A stretch of 64,000 bases of DNA from Catajapyx aquilonaris (taxonomy: Eukaryota). The position numbers and the translations under genes are program-made. The notes beneath the pieces are model-generated. The model saw nothing but the letters and a program-made list of their open reading frames with translations. It was not told the DNA's origin and did no database searches. Every line of letters begins with the position of its first letter. Positions within the stretch are counted from its first letter, which is position 1. Positions 47,814 through 62,600 of this stretch are shown here, piece after piece. The DNA is taken from positions 62,001 to 126,000 of the forward strand of contig KZ537968.1 in the NCBI GenBank assembly GCA_000934665.2, written 5' to 3'.

Positions 47814-50203
47814 ATAGTTGTGCACCATATGATTTCTCGACGCCACAGTAGACTACGCGGAATACGTAGGCTAAGTCATAAGATTGACGAGTTATACAAT
47901 AGGCCTATTATTATGCAGAATATTTTGTAGGCTACTACGTTTTCAATCAAAGTGTACTGGCATATTATTCAGCGTCAACATTCAGTATACAGATGATGCA
48001 AGAGATGATGATTAAGTGTGACATGATGTTATTTTCACGGACGTACAAGATAACATAACACGCTGTCCTATTATAGATCTTGAATATCGTGGAAAAGTGA
48101 ACCTAGTTGTGTAATAAAATGTAACAGAGTTATAAACACCTCTAAAGCCATGTTGCATATGCATTTATTTGCATATCTTTAACCAATTACGTATTTCCTG
48201 TATCAACTGCCACTTTAGTTACATTTGGGCAGATCCCAAACAATGACAGATAACAAGTATAATAATTATTTTGCTGCGCCTAAGTTACTACTATCTACGT
48301 GATATCCTCTTCAGACCCGAGAAGAATTGAATAAGGCAATGTCAGTTTCTATTGCATTTTCTGAACATTTCCCCCCCCCCAAAAAACGAGAATTTTTTTA
48401 TAGTTCTAAAATATTGACAAAAATTATGACAAACAACCAATGAGAACATGGGACCCAATATTGCTGCTACAAAAGCAGAACGGATGAAAGCTAATAAAAA
48501 ATGTAAATGCCACTTAATAACACTGTGCTCTATCCCCCAAACGATGTTTTTTTAAAATTCATTTGTGGAATTCATGGTAGCAATTCCTCTCAGAAGACAA
48601 TTAAAGATAAACTGCAATTATTTTTCAAGGCCAAAACTTCAGGTATGGGGATTGCTCCTTCTCTTCTTACCTCCTAGCATGGTACCTCGCTATTCTAGAT
48701 TTTAAAACTGAACTGTAGTGCAAAGCACACTTCCTTGTGGGGGTACAGGTAGTGTAGTGTACAGGTATAGGAGGCGACAGTATCAATAGTTGCCGCGGAA
48801 ATGTTTTTTAAAAAAACTTACGTATCCTACAGGATACTCCAGGTCCGAGGAGGCACAACAAACGAAAGTATACTGTTCATGATTAATGTCAAAAAAAATG
48901 TTAAACATGGAATAAGTCGCGGGATTTATTCCAAAATTGATCGTCACCAACATTTGATGTAACTAGTGCGTCATTACAGAACCCATGATATGAATACAAA
49001 ATACAAGGACATTTGGCATGGAGAAACTGCAGAGTGCGCATGTCAGAAATGGCACAGCAGGCTATGATTATTATTACTATGTAATTATCAGTACCTTTAG
49101 CTCTGGCTGCCGCGGGTCGATGTTCATTATTTTCAACAACTAAAGTGACCCATCAAAGTACAAACATTGGAAAATTTACTTGAACATGTTATTTTATTAT
49201 AGCCTATACTTACGTAGTATTAATATTGCATGCAATGGTTTTTCAGAGTCGGCTTGTGAAAAATCAAGATTATGCAATTCTGTAGTATTTCTCCAATGAA
49301 ATAACGGATACCGTATATTTTTGCGCACTGCAGCTTATAGTACAGTACTGGGAAAAGAAACGTGTGATCAAGCCTGGTGCTTTGAGTGGTCCAGCTTTTG
49401 CGGTGATCCTGCCAGTATGGCAACCCTTCACACACGACCAGTGTAATACACTGGCGTTGCAGGTTCTAATGTACAATAATCATGGAATTTCAAGCTGTAG
49501 GCTACAGTAGGCCTACACCAACTGACTTTGCAGCTACGTGGCAAACTCTATAAAAAGCTACTGTATACACGAAAATATTTATGCACGCCGTCATTATCAC
49601 AACAAAAAACACAGTGTTACATAAAACTGTACGTAAAACCAGCTCTCACATTTTGCATTCAAATCGGCTTATTAAAATTGTTCACGGTGCTCTCGACTAA
49701 AATATTTTGCTGTAAGTAACTTATGCATCGAAACAGATACTGGTGGAGCCTATTGCATAATGCTAACTTTTCAATTTTTATAATTTTTATATTAACATCG
49801 TTAATATTTATTTATGGTAGAGAGGCGCAATGTACCAGCAACAAAACCAGAGATGGATTACATACTGTCCTATACTGAATATTGCAGAAGAGCTTACAAA
49901 TTCCGATGGCATATTAAGATTTAGCACTAAATGTAAAAGTTGATTCAATGTGTCTGGATAATCCCCTGTCAAGACATTTCTGTATGATTTCATTAACCTT
50001 GCCATTTACAGGAATATTAAGGTTTTCCTTTAATCCAAAAGCCTGGAAGACTGCAGAAAACTCACATTATTACATGTATGTGGGAGGAGGACTTCATATT
50101 GTGGACATGGAAAGTAAAAAAAAGCCATTTGGTAGTAATTTAATACGGCTAAATACGGTACAGCAAAACATAATGCAGAATGACATACATAGCATTAGAA
50201 TTA

Positions 50204-52418
50204 TTATAATAAAAATGGAATGCGCTTCCTCCTAGGACGCATTTCAATGGCCAGCACAACACACCCGATTCCCAATCCAATGAGCCACATATAAAAAACC
50301 GACTCTAGTTTCTCAATATTTAAAAGACTCTCAGAATCACTTGATTTTCCCAAATTCTCATTCCTCTTCTTATAATACTGCCTAATGAAATTATGGTAAT
50401 TGACTGCCGATTCGATGTGATCCACTATGTTGCCAGCTAGTAAACCACCGTTCACTCTATTAACGTGATCGATCCACACGTTATCCCTCTGGTAGCAAGA
50501 GCCCGTAAAGGCACTGGCAATAACATAAGGAGCTAGGTTAAGTTGCAGCTCTCCCTTCTCGTCCAAGAAATTATTTTTCTCTCGACGGTACAGCACGTCT
50601 AATATTGCACATGCAAAGTCTTCTTTTAAGGCCTTATCCAAACACTCCTCAAGTGACGCAACTATTTCGGCTTCGTGCACAGCCTTGTGTTGAAAAGAAC
50701 CTTCTTCCGACTCGCCTGCAAATATAGAAAATGCCTGTACCTGCATAGCTGTAGATCCCCATCTAAATTTTGAGTCGAACACCAACTCTTCGGCAGTCAG
50801 AGGCAAATGCTCGGTCGGAGGAAACGTAATTAATGACACCAATTTGGTCTGATAACAACAAGTGATGATGAGTGCGAAGCAAAAAAATAATGCTAGAAAA
50901 ACTGGGACTGAATTATTCGAATCTAATGGGACTGATGGCTGCCCGATGAAAATACATGTTAAGGTTTTGGTTTTACTCCAGATATCGCCAACTTTCCTTT
51001 TGCGATTCCACTTTGTAGAATCGTGTCTGTAGTGCGCTTCTAATGAATGAATAATAGTGGCACAAATTATAACTGACACACACAAAACTATCCACATGTA
51101 GACACCGAATGGTTGCAATATCACGTACCATTTAATGTCCAGTCTGGGATGTCTGGTCACGATCATGACGTGCCAATTCATCATTGGGTAAGTCAAAGAA
51201 ACGGCCTTCATCGACACATCTGTGTAAACTATTAAAGTCAGCCCTTCCACATCACCGAAGACAACTGGTTTCATCATTCCTGCCAGACTTCCGTTTTCAG
51301 AGAACTCTGAAAAAGCCATCTCTGGTACTAACACGTCAAAAGTTAAGTTAAAGATGGATTCGTATAATAGCAAAAGTTCTTCCGTGTATGTAGTCGGAAG
51401 ATTCTTCTTCTTTCTCACTGCAGCACCTCTCAAATCGACTGGTTCAGGGTGACCCATGATGACTGTGCTGCCATTAGTATTGCGAGGTGCGTCTGGAAAC
51501 ACGAGATCCCTTGCCAAGAAGTTGTCGTTCAGATAGGTGACTGGAGGATTCACGTTGTCCTCTCCCAAAGCGGGCTTATCGGTACAGCAGTAGCACACGG
51601 TGTGCCACATCATCCTTCGCTGATCGTGATCGAATCTGGACAGCAGCTTTAGCTTCATTCCACGAGCAGTTTTCCCCAGAAGAAACTCCTCGATCCAATT
51701 CAGATCAATGCTGGTGTCGTATGTGTGAATGAAGAATGGGTCCTGCAGATGCCTGACCCTGAATGAGGCTGCGGAGTACATGATCAGCTCAGGTGTGGTC
51801 GATGCATTTGTAGCCAGGATCAGATTGAAGCTGCACTTTCCTCCAGGCCATATTTTGGATCTGAGTTCCGGAGGATGAGACCTGAAGGACAGGAGGTGCT
51901 CTCTCTTCCAAACCCAGGTGTAATCTTCCGGATTGAATGGAAAGGTGTCCATTCGGCTCATCACCAGTGGACGGTGTCTGATCCTCTGGTTCCAGATCAG
52001 AACTTCTTGCAGAGGTTTGCTTAGGATAGGGTGATCCAAGCCCAATCCAAAGGAGCAATCCGGAAAGTGCATTTCTATAATCTTGCGAAGTAGTGTTGCC
52101 AGATGATAATCTTCTGAATCAACTTCTTTAATTGCCGTGATTGCAATCGAATTTTCTCCTACCTGGAAGTACGCAGTGGGATATAATTTAATTTCGTGTG
52201 ATGTCTCTGCAACTACTTGACAGTTGACAATCATAAAAAAGTTTTATGTAGTTTGCTAGATAAAAAGATGTGAGTGTAGGTCATATAGATGAGGACAAAA
52301 TAATGTGGCCAATAGCTCAATGACATATTGTACCAGATGTTTTACATAGTGAACATATATTTACCTTCGACAATATATTCGGTGCGATCAACACCAGCAG
52401 GAGAAGCAATGCCAGCAT
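50204..52418 (-). CDS. Divergent ionotropic receptor (IR, variant iGluR family chemoreceptor), 2 exons, 670 aa
   Basis: Exon 1 52418-52365 (MLALLLLLVLIAPNILSK, donor AAG|GTAAAT) spliced in phase 0 to acceptor tacttccag at exon 2 52162-50204. iGluR topology: S1 (GSLAGMM...GDV...AVSLTYP...IVTRHP), M1 (LQPFGVYMWIVL), pore loop (IFIGQP), M3 (LIITCCYQTKLVSLITFP, equivalent to SYTANLAAFLT), S2, M4 (LNIEKLESVFYMWLIGLGIGCVVLAIE). Confidence 0.9.
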
Positions 52419-53631
52419 GGCTTACTGATGGTTACAGTCAGAAGCAATAGTTAAATGGTTAAAGTGGTACCAATATTTAAAATTACTCCAGAGATACTTG
52501 CAAAAACTTTGAGAGTAGAGAAACAGGTAATTTCACGACCACTTGTACCAAACCTTATTCTCCAAGTGACAAACTTTTGAATTCTCAATCTTCGCCGAAG
52601 CAATTCCTTGAAAGGTGGAGCAATTAAAGGGAATTACAGGGTAGGTAAGTATAATCAAGCTGTCCAAACGCTGCTTAGCAGCAGTTAAGACAAGGCCCAA
52701 TGACGTCTGCGAAATCTTTCAGTCTATAGTAAACAACACCTTTGTCTTTTAATATTTGACGACTGGTGTAGTTAAGTCGGAGGTGACAGCTGACTGTGCC
52801 AGATAGCTTGTACAGATAGCTGAACTGTACAAGTGACGAAAATTATAGCCCGTAGAAAAGTGACACACTGAATGGTTTCCAGAACATTCCACACAAAATA
52901 TATTGGACGTTTATCTTTCGATAAATTTCGAAGGTTCACTATGACTCAGTAATGATGGTTAGAAGTGATTCATTCCTGCACACTTTAACGGTACATCACA
53001 CTTGCCTTCTAATGACAACATTCTTAATTAATACAGTATACTGATACCAATCTACCCATGCTCCTGTGAGTAGTCAACCCTTCACAGGTTTTGAACATAC
53101 AGCAGGACAAGTATTGGTGAAGTGAATTAATATATTGACAAATAAATGGCTGGAAGCCTACAGGAAAAGTAACGTCAAGGAGACCAAAGGGCAGGTGAAG
53201 GTTGTATGTAAATCAATAAACATAAAGATAAAGGTAAGAATACATACCCAACGCTCATAGAGCAAGGCGCATGGCATAGATAGATCCAGCCAATGCTATA
53301 TGTCTCCCATTTATTAGGATAGTCTCTGTAATTTATTCTGTCGACATAAAAACTTTGTAGGCACATTTCGAACACTACACCAGTCAACATTTCCTAATTT
53401 GTCACTGCGAGAAGGGAGGGTAACATTTTAAATATGTTGGTGGAGTTCCAAGACATGCCTATTTTTTATAGGTTAAATGAATGTGAGTTTACATATTTGT
53501 GCAATGGACCATAACTTGACTAAAATTGTTACAGAACTAGCTGCCTATTTCCAATTGGACAGCAGATATAACTTGCTGTTTTCGTTTAATCCGCAACTCA
53601 TTCTCCGCATAGCATCATCATCGTTGTTTTC

Positions 53632-53663
<32 letters not shown>

Positions 53664-53678
53664 ATTGTTATTGTTATT
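53632..53678. repeat. Short (TTGTCG)n/(TTGTTA)n microsatellite
   Basis: Directly visible. Confidence 0.85.
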
Positions 53679-56600
53679 AAAACAATAACTATATGCACCA
53701 ATTATTTCTCGTTAGTTGCAAATAGCTTACCACAATGCCATGAAATTCATTATTATTTATTTCCTCCTATTAGTTCCCACTATTTTCAAAATAAAAAAGT
53801 AAAAAGTAAAAATTTAATATGCCTCTAGTTATAAATTTGTGGCTATAATTTATTTATTTTTTGCATTAATCACAACGTATGCTACGGTATTGTGGGAAGG
53901 CCGGCCACGCGCGAAGTGTTGCGTACCTGCCAGGATGTACTACTCCTTGCAGGAATAAAGGCGACTTATGATCTGATTGTGAGTCACGAAGCCATGTCGA
54001 GGGCCAATTGAATAAGATTTAATTATAACATGCCCGACTGGGGATTTCGACTTTATTGCATATACAATTGATTAAGAAATGCCCCGCATAATACGGTGTA
54101 CTGCAGAATACAGGTCCCAAAGAACACGATCACATTCACACTATAGTCATCATTGCATCTTATAATCAGAGTCTATAATTTTAATGTAGTACTGTGACTC
54201 CACTTGAACACAATATATTTCTCTGTTGAGTGACAAGCATGAAGGAAATATTTTATGGGTCACAGTGGCGTGCACATTAGGACTGCTACTGCAACTTCGA
54301 CCTTTTATTAGCCTTTCTGATTGGTATGGCGCATATACCTTGTCAAATGTGAAAACACTTTCGGCCGTCACGTTGCGCACTTATAAATGATAGAGTGCAA
54401 CATCGCTTGCTTTCTATAAGGATGTGTCTGTTTCATTAGCACAACAAGGGGTAAGTTTTAACACGTCGTATATTTTTGTCCAAGTAATTGCTTTGTTTCA
54501 ATCCATTGTTCGCAACATTTTTGCGAACCACGCCAAATTCCAGCCCCCATATTATTGTGTGTCAAATTTTGAGCATTCCTGTATACACATTTGCACTTTG
54601 CCACTTTTATATAAATTGCCCATATTGTTGCATATCGTACATACCATCAGCAGTTAAAATCCAGACAGAGCCGGATTAATCGTCCTTTTGGAACAGCATG
54701 GTGCAAATGGTAACTTGAGTACTCTAATCATTAACAATCTGACAATAATTCATATTTTCATATAGAGGTGACCTTTATATGAGGCATCATCTTGACGTCA
54801 TCGGTTCCGGAAGGATGAAGGGCCATAAATGGATACCATGAAGGCACACACTTCTCCAGTCCTCATCGCCTACTCGTGCTCACCGCACCTGATCATTCAA
54901 GACCAACCAGGTAAATACCTATTTCTGTCCATTGTCTCTTCGACTCGAAGTCACGCTTCTTAAAATCTGGTCATCACTGGGGAATGCCCGGGATATTGTG
55001 CGATTCTCCCACCCACATCCTTGGCCGAGCGTGAAAAAGGCCATTTGCAGAAACCGGACTTTCCCTTTTCTAATCGTTACGTTATCATTTACATAACAGT
55101 TTCAATTAATCTTGTAACCTGAGCACCCTTCGATGCTCATCTACTTTTTTATGTGCAAAATATTACAAAAACTGTGACTCATTAAGCCAATTCCGGAATT
55201 GACAAAAGAAACGGACATGGTCGGGACACGCCCAGAAGAAGGTTGATAAAAGGGTGGAGTTTGGTAGTTAAAAGATTACAAGTGTATATAGCCGGCCTTG
55301 GATGGTCTTCATCTGGAGGACAATCCAGACATCAGAAGCTTCTGTGTTCCCGGAAGATGAGATTATAAGCTTCCTTTTCCTCCAACGGTACATTCATTGC
55401 TGAAAATAAGGAAGGCGGAAAAATTATGAAAAGTCTTTGAATTTTTTGGAATTCGCACACTTCGAAGCATTTCGCATGCAAAATATTTTTTTTGTTTTAG
55501 CCGGGTCTAGGACTTTTCCGTTTTTGGTTGGCTCAACAGATGGCCTGAAACGTGAGGTGAAAATTCTCGTGGCTGTTCCACACGACAGATGGTGCTCGTG
55601 TAAGTTGGACACGCAACTTCCGAAAACTCGAACAAAGTCCCAAATACCAGAGGTTTCATTACCAGCACGTACGCGGAGTTTATTTGTTGCAATTTCTCAC
55701 GCAACACAACAGCAACGAAAAAAAAAAACCGAAAATGTCTGGGTACAAAATGATAGGTTTTCGATTGACGTAAATTTTGCGAATATTTCTGGTGCGGAAA
55801 ATGCTCATCAGCAATTCTGCTCACATTGATCACGATTTCGCAATTCGTGCATAACGTATTTCATATATTTTTTGTGCTTCTCAACCTGTAGGAATGCCAA
55901 CTGACAGGAGCTTGTCATCCACTTTCTTGCCATTTCTCAATCCATTTCACCAGGAAAAGTATCTAGCTATAGCAAAGCCGTGTCCTTAATACGCTAATGA
56001 ATTCCTCAATAAAATGAAGTCCTTACAAGCAAAATACGCTTTGCAATCGCAACAGAAATAAATTAACAGGAGTATTATCTATCGTACACCTGTCACCTGC
56101 GAGACATTAACGCAATGTCTCTTAGATTACAAATGTTGTGGGTATGCCTAGGGCCAACATATCAGTTGGAAGCTAGTTTATTAATTCGCTTTTGATTTAG
56201 GTATTATGGGTATATTGCAGTGCTGAAAAGAGCATTAAATGCTATCACTAGGTATTTATCAACGCCTAATATAAAACTTAACGAGTTATTTGTCAATGTC
56301 GCGTTTATTTACAAGCAATTGCAGTCAACCGTATTTTATTACTCACAAATTTCAATTTACATTCATCGGGTACATTATATTAAGTTATTTGCATTTTATA
56401 TCGACCAATCTCTTCAGTGCCTTGATCATATTTACTGTTATAATGCTTACAGGCTAATATCAATCTGTAAATACGCTTTCATAGTACTAATATCCAAGTA
56501 GGTTTACTGGTACTAGCTTGATACAATCCCTAGTAAAAACCTTGCTATAATATTACCATATATATACGCAATACCATATGTGCACAAGTCTTCACTCGCA

Positions 56601-59600
56601 CGTCACGAAACCTTAATCTCACCTTCGAATACTTGTACACTTGTTAAGTGTACAGCACAGCACATGCCTGCGCATTATTTGCAATATGTGGACCTAATTC
56701 AGTAAGGTGCGATAATTACGTGAATACCTCCAGTATAGGCTACAATACCGGTTATACCGCTAGGAAAACACATCAACACATGCGGTTTGCAGTGTGTGGT
56801 TAGTGGTTACTTTTGTCCCACTCTACACACAGCAATGCAGCAAACCTGTTGAAAGATGGTAAAGAACAAGCACCTCCTTCCGAATTAGGGAAAGTTCCTG
56901 CCTGCTCTATAAAAGTAGCGTAAAAAAACTATACGTTGTATAGTTCACTCCTTATCTTTGCTGCTTACTCTGGCGAACAAATCTCACGTTCTGATCGAAA
57001 AAAGGAATTATTAGTCTGTCGATACTCGACCATTCCGGCCATAGCCAGGCAACCCCAACTGACCGATAACAGCTAAAATTGGGTAATAACGATCTCAATT
57101 TTCGCGCAGGTAAAAACCCTTACGAAATTGCGCCTCTCCACAGCTTTTAGTTTACGTGACGCCGAAGTGCGAATTGCCAACGTGACTCTAATTTCAAGCC
57201 GAAATCGGCACCTTAATTTTTTATGCATATATTTTCGAGCCCCCCCCCTCTTAAATTTGGTCTAAATCGTGAGTTCTTGTTAATCGCAAAGGGCAGTGAC
57301 ATGCAAACCGAATAGATGACCGTTTAGCATGAAGCGTTAGGGAGACTGCGGTTTCCCCAAAAGTACTGTGCATTATTGGCTCAAGGACGAAGGGTGAGAG
57401 TCACTTAAGTTGTAAAGGCTTTTTCTCGAGTTACTTTCACTTATGTAGTATTCCTCACATTGCATGTGTGTGATAGTTACATTCGGCGGAGATTTTGTAG
57501 ACGGTAAACAAACATTAGGATGGAGCATAAGAAATGATGTTAAGCTGTGCTGAAAAGATTTATGATTTTTTTTCGGGACGGGCATGATAAGACTTCTTAA
57601 ACTTCATTTTTAGGCCAAATAAGCTATTAGTGTGTTAGGCCCCTTGGGAGCTACAAGGGTTAGATATATTTTATTATTGTACAAAAGAGGGTCCTTCATA
57701 CATTACGTAAGAAAGATTTTTTGATGGTGTTTAAACACCTTCATCCTCCCTAATAATACGTCGTAACTCTTCAAGCTCGTGTCTTTTAAATTGCGTCAAC
57801 CTATCCTTTCTCTCATTAATTTACGATTTGTTTGGAAATAAATTATAGTGGCTTACATAGGCGAACAGTGTGGAACATCCCTCTGAAGCCCTCATAATGG
57901 CACTCATAATACATCGGCTACGTAGCGTACCTGAGTGTGGAGATATTTTGTAACGCCTATTTTTTAAATTGAAAATAATGAAAAGTAAGCATCCCTGCTG
58001 TGGTTTTAACAGTACTTTTCAGGAGACATACCTTTACATACTGTTCTGCTCGTTTGCATATTGAGAGCGTGATGCTAAGTGATTGCACCAGTGCATTAAT
58101 GCATATCCTAAGCTTCAATTAAATCCAATATGCATTGTAATCATTCTACAGTACATATCGTCAAGGCTATAAACTCAAAAGAAAATAATACAAGTACTGT
58201 TTATCAAACCAGAATGTGCTACTGTCACCACAATTCTTATGTAATTTCCAGTTTATTGTTGGCATTATTGTGATCTCACAATGATGTTCTCTTGCATCTT
58301 CGAGTAGAAGGCTGTACTTTTTTGTCGTTCTGAGCCTACTTTTTCGGCCACGACGGTACGGCACAAAATCGAAAGTGAAGGGCATTGCCATATGGCCACC
58401 CGCATTGTCACAACACCTCATCTTCCTCCCCCCCAAAAAAGAGAAGAAGAAGAAGAAGAAGAAGGCGTTAAGATGGCTCACACTCCAGCAGGACACGATC
58501 CAGAATCTTTATTAATCCACCAGGTACTTTCTCTGCGTTGCATATATCCAGGAAGTGATGCGGTTATGCGGATGAAAACAGTGGATCCCACACACCTCCA
58601 AATCCAGTTTTTCCTCTCTTTTATTGTTTACATATTCAGCCTGTGTTTGTGCCCTTACGCAATCCGTTTGTTGACTCTCTTTCGCACCCATCTAATCCTC
58701 CTAATGAAAGGTCCCCTGATGAGCAACAATTAACACGTCCAGCCATAGTCCACCGAACCCTTTTATTGCACATAGTGCGTGTACCACACGGGCCAACGAC
58801 TCGCCCACGGAACACTCATGTTTCTAGCTGGTTTCACAATTAATTAAATCCACTATGTGAAGGACAGATTCAGCGCAAGAAATGGGTAAGTGGCGCGCAA
58901 ATGTTGCGTATTACAATAATCGGTTTCTTTGGGAAGCTTCCTTTATTATGCGAGCTTTTATGGCTGATCGTGTCTGAATATTTTTAGAGTTATCCCCCTA
59001 TAGGTATATATAAATATTATTCGTGGCGCTGACAGCAGCAGCCCCAACAGGAAAAACCAAGTTCACAGAAGCCAGGGTTCGTCTAGCGTGCTGTCCTTGC
59101 GTTTTATGATGACTGTAATTCATAATATTCCCAAGTGCCCGCTTATAGAAACAGTTAGGTTTCCACGGATGTTTCTAGCCTGTAATTTGTTGCTATTTTT
59201 ATTGCATTGTTTCACGCCTTGAAAATTGATGGAAAAAACCGTGGTTCTAGCTTCTAGGATATAGGACCTTCCTAAACGGACAATGTGCCTTTCTTAAGAA
59301 GGGACGTAAAGGTGAATGACATTGGACGTGATGGGCCTAGATAATCAAGCTTGTACATTTCCTGGATTACATTTAAATAATTCGCCTGCTCACCCTGCTG
59401 CAGTCAGAATAATATGATCACCTTGTACTATCAAGCTGCTGTGCATTTCCTCATTATTATCTAACTATGTGACGAATCTAGCATTGACGACTGTCAACTA
59501 AGCTTGAAATAGTGCAAGGTGATCAGCTGCCCTGTAACAGGCTACGTGCCAAATAAACCGATCGGAAGTAGCATACAACTTTATTACATATATTTATTAC

Positions 59601-62600
59601 CAAACTCGTAAATATGACTGAGTGTGTCAAGGGACATGTCTAGTTCCTTGTTTAGGAAGTAAAATCTGCGCACCGCAATTAAAACGTGGAAACAACCGGC
59701 ATGACACTCCACTTCTGTCGCCTTGAGGTCGGCAAGGAAAAGTGCACAAAAGGCTCGAACCAAACCACGGATAGGCGATCACGGACAACCCTTTTTCTTG
59801 TGCCAACTTCCTCATGCACCGTCCTAGACCCACATGGGGACACTCAGCCAACGAAGGACTCTGCCTTCAAAATAAATTTAAATGGCGTAACGCAATGATG
59901 ACCACCATGCATTTATCACTGCTTTAGACTGACTTATAATACACACATGGCTCGTTTTTACTGCCAGTGAGTGACACGTAACGCGGACAATCTGGACACG
60001 CGACGGACCCCTCGGCAGGGAATCCGAATAGGCCATAAAAGTGACACAACTCTGTCCAGAGAGGTCCTTGCGTGACGTAACCTCGCCTGGAGCATGTAAA
60101 CACTGCCCGTTTTTACAAGGATGGACAGGTCGTAATATTTTTTTATAATTAAGCCGCGTTTTATAACGAATTCATGAAGGCTTTGGCATCAAGGAAAAGG
60201 AAAGGTAGCGCGACACGTGACCAGGTCGAAGAGTGTGTGTCCTCTCCCTCTGTGTGTCCATCCATCGGTGACGACTTGAAAAGGACTGACAATGGACTAT
60301 TCTTACGGTGTACAACTTGCTTGGGAAAAAGGACAAAACAGCAATCAAGGTGATCTGATGGCATTGGGTGAGAAACTGGAGAGGGGGTGATGTTCCCCCT
60401 TGCGTTGCACGTAGTACATGTGCCTCCAGATTAATGCTTGTCAGCCGAGGAAATGTTTATCTGGGCATGTTAAGCATTGTTCTCGAAGCATGAGCGTATA
60501 ACCTGCGAAGGCCTTTGGATCACGAGATGCGACCAACTCTAAGCACATCTTACGAATAATGACCCTCTTTGCCAGCATATATGATACACCGTATTACGTG
60601 AGGGTGGACTAAAGCACTACTCATTTGTTCGGGTGTGTTACTCATGTGAATGTAATTAGCACTAAATTTTATGTTATGGTTTTGGTAAGAGCACAGGTTA
60701 AGTATATCGCATGTTGGTTAGTATTGATGTTATCATGTAAGAAAGAGAAACTGCTCGGATTGGATAGGTTAGTAACTGATGTAATCTTAGGCACGCCATT
60801 TCAGTCACAAAGTTAGGATAGGTTTTGGAGTCCGAATGAAACAGAAATGATTTTGACCAGATATTTTACTACTACATAGTACCATAAGTTTTGAATCTGG
60901 CTGAATTTTTAAGTAGGGTGGGTCATGAGAAAAATACCATGAGTGTTGGTATCCCACCACAAAAGTTGAGTTAAAAAGTGGGCAGGGCTTTGATTATATC
61001 CTTATAACAGGTCAGTTTTCTCACGGCCTACCTGTGGTGTTACATGTACTATGCTATAGGAAAAGATTGGCATCAGCTTTGTAGCCTAATACCATTCAGG
61101 TATTATGGTAACCAAGGTTTATAACACCTGTTATTGTTTCAATGTTCCGGTCGCGGACACCTTTTGTATGCAAAATTTTTAAGCTATGCCTGCCGGAGGT
61201 ATTCACTTGTAAAGAATGCGGTTATTATTGCATCGAGGTATTGTTGCAATGTTTCTTCTTCATTGCGAATATAGCGTCTTCTCACGCACTGCAAAGAGGG
61301 TTGGGAAACATTACTGGTAAACTTGGGCAATACACCTTGACATCCTTAAAGTGTTCCTGCAACACGCTGTGACTCAAAATGATTTGTCCTTTGCAAAAAT
61401 TCAAGGCTTCTTCCGGAAGAGTTACGTGGTGCGATTGAAAGTAAATAACCTTCGCTCGCAAAAATGCCTGCTCCACATTTCCGTTCATACGTAATGTTCA
61501 GGGTTGAAAGAGTCTATTCCCCTCTTCTCCTTGTTTGCTGTTCCGACCATCTCTCCCACAACTCTTGACTTTGGAAGACTCCATTTTTCGACCTAGTTGC
61601 GGTCAGCCACCAGCACCTTTCAAGTTTTATTTTCTAACCATACGCACACAAGTCACATTATTATTGTGGAGAATCCCTTGCATTCAGCAGCCTCCCTGGA
61701 ATAAAAATCTTCAGCCAGCCAGCATCATCGGCGAAAGTTTGTTGCCCCCGATATGAAGCTCAGCCCCATTCGTCGGCAGGGGTTCCCTCAGGCAGACGTT
61801 CACTTTACGCTCGAGTGGATCACTCCTTCTTCACTCTAGTCTTCTTCTTTTTCCGACCCTTTTTGTTGAGTGTGACCGTCATGTTCAGAGAGTGACCGGT
61901 GCTGTGTGTGACCCACTCCACGTGACCGATCGGATGGGGTGGGCCATGGACTGGTGAGTTTTGTTTGGGTTTCAGGTGTAGGAGCCACTTCCCCACTTAT
62001 TTTGTCCTCCTTATGGGTTAGTGTGTGAGGAGTTTACTGTGACGATGATTTGGCATGAACGTCGTTCGCGTGCTGCATGATGTCGCGACCGATACGGTTG
62101 TCGAGAGGCCGAGGGTCGCAGTAAGACATCAATAATGAGGAGGTCTGCATAATGCCACCAATGGAGTTCAAATGGGGCGAAATTATTACGTCGTTACAAA
62201 AAATATGTGGGTATACCACATTATATCAATTTGTCATCTAACAACACAATTTTTCACAATGTTAATTATCAGCTCATTTCCTGCACTTTGAATTTTAAGA
62301 CACTGTTAAATGTTCCTCCAAGATAATTATCCCGTCGTGAGTCGAAGCCTGTGGGTGTGAAATACGAGTTGGCTTAATGCCTATAAAAGTCTGAGGCTCA
62401 GCATCCCAACTATGCTGCTCAGAGTCTCCTACATGCAGACCGAGCGACATTTCCTCTGGGCAAATCGGAAAAAGGAAATGACTTTGGGGAGGAGGACCGG
62501 TTCGCAAAACTCTCACGGACACTTTTTGCCTTGGTTCGTGAAGCAATCCCGTAAGACCTTCTGGTGAATGGGGGTGGACTGTCTTTTGCTCACAGACTAG

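Noticed and set aside
52163..52255. ORF-track start at ATG 52234, and an alternative acceptor near 52256, for the IR gene
   Set aside because: MIVNCQ... has no signal peptide, and the 52256 acceptor leads to TAA after three codons; the acceptor before 52162 fits the signal-peptide exon in phase.
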